A DNA stretch of 64,000 nt, taken from contig NW_026515675.1 in assembly GCF_025526975.1 (NCBI RefSeq), positions 744,001-808,000 of the forward strand, given 5' to 3'. Source of the stretch: Fimicolochytrium jonesii (lineage: Eukaryota). The notes under the pieces are model-generated. The model did not search any database. It had not been told where the DNA came from and was given only the letters and a program-made list of their open reading frames with translations. The first letter of the stretch is position 1. Each line of letters opens with the position of its first letter. Made by a program: the position numbers and the translations under genes. Positions 63,557 through 64,000 of the stretch are shown here, piece after piece.

Positions 63557-64000
63557 GCAGTTGGGGAACGACAGACGTATGTTCGACGATACGGCACAGC
63601 GGCGAGGGATAATGGACGAGATATCGACGAAGGAAGGAGAGGGAGAGAGAATAGTGGCCGAATGGGGAATGGCGAATTGAAAATGGAAATGGGCGAATGG
63701 GGAGGGAGACTATGCTCGGAAACCCGACGAAGGTCTTGCAACACTATCAGCGTGCCAGCCAGTTCATCTACGACAACATTCGACTCTACGACATCAGCGT
63801 ATATTTCATTGTGCAGGCTCGGGGTTTTAGGCCCTCGAAATGAGCACACTCTGGTGGAAGCATAATGGGAAGACGAACGACAGTGTGCCAAAGAGAATAT
63901 GGAGGAGGAGTGCGGAAGCTATGCGCAAAAATTCAGGCTCGCTGACCCGATTCTTGCCCCGAATGTAGGCCAGTCACCATGTCCGCCAGGTCGAAGATCG

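Noticed and set aside
63155..64000. Possible minus-strand exons at the window end (e.g. LHNEIYADVVESNVVVDELAG)
   Set aside because: Could be the tail of a gene beyond the window, but no reliable model or homology can be assigned.

Overview
Eukaryotic, intron-containing fungal DNA (short GT-AG introns, CTAAC-type branch points), most likely a zoosporic (chytrid-like) fungus: it combines a fungal-type LRR/PP2C adenylate cyclase and an MTD1-type enzyme with a KIF3A-like flagellar kinesin-2. I can support about 18 protein-coding genes, with exon joins reconstructed by eye. Most are housekeeping: a SUN protein, a CCCH-Smr nuclease, kinesin-2, MTD1, Sec1, Doa10, Ste24, TMEM135, a Scw1/Whi3-like RRM protein, prenylcysteine oxidase and Cyr1. 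Standouts: (1) a single multi-exon gene (38422-42291) fusing DOMON, cytochrome b561, cytochrome b5 and an FAD/NAD(P)H reductase with an SH3 domain inserted in the reductase, i.e. a candidate self-contained trans-membrane electron wire; (2) a secreted Tyr-rich Kex2-processed repeat precursor (6211-7140) in a co-oriented trio of secreted genes that includes a carboxypeptidase with B-type (Lys/Arg-trimming) specificity; (3) a compact NZF-WWE-RING E3 ligase largely missed by the ORF track; (4) a GPI-anchored VWD/EGF surface protein; (5) a Sec1 with an ~830-aa disordered tail carrying a UIM-like motif. No rRNA, intact tRNA, CRISPR or transposase was seen.
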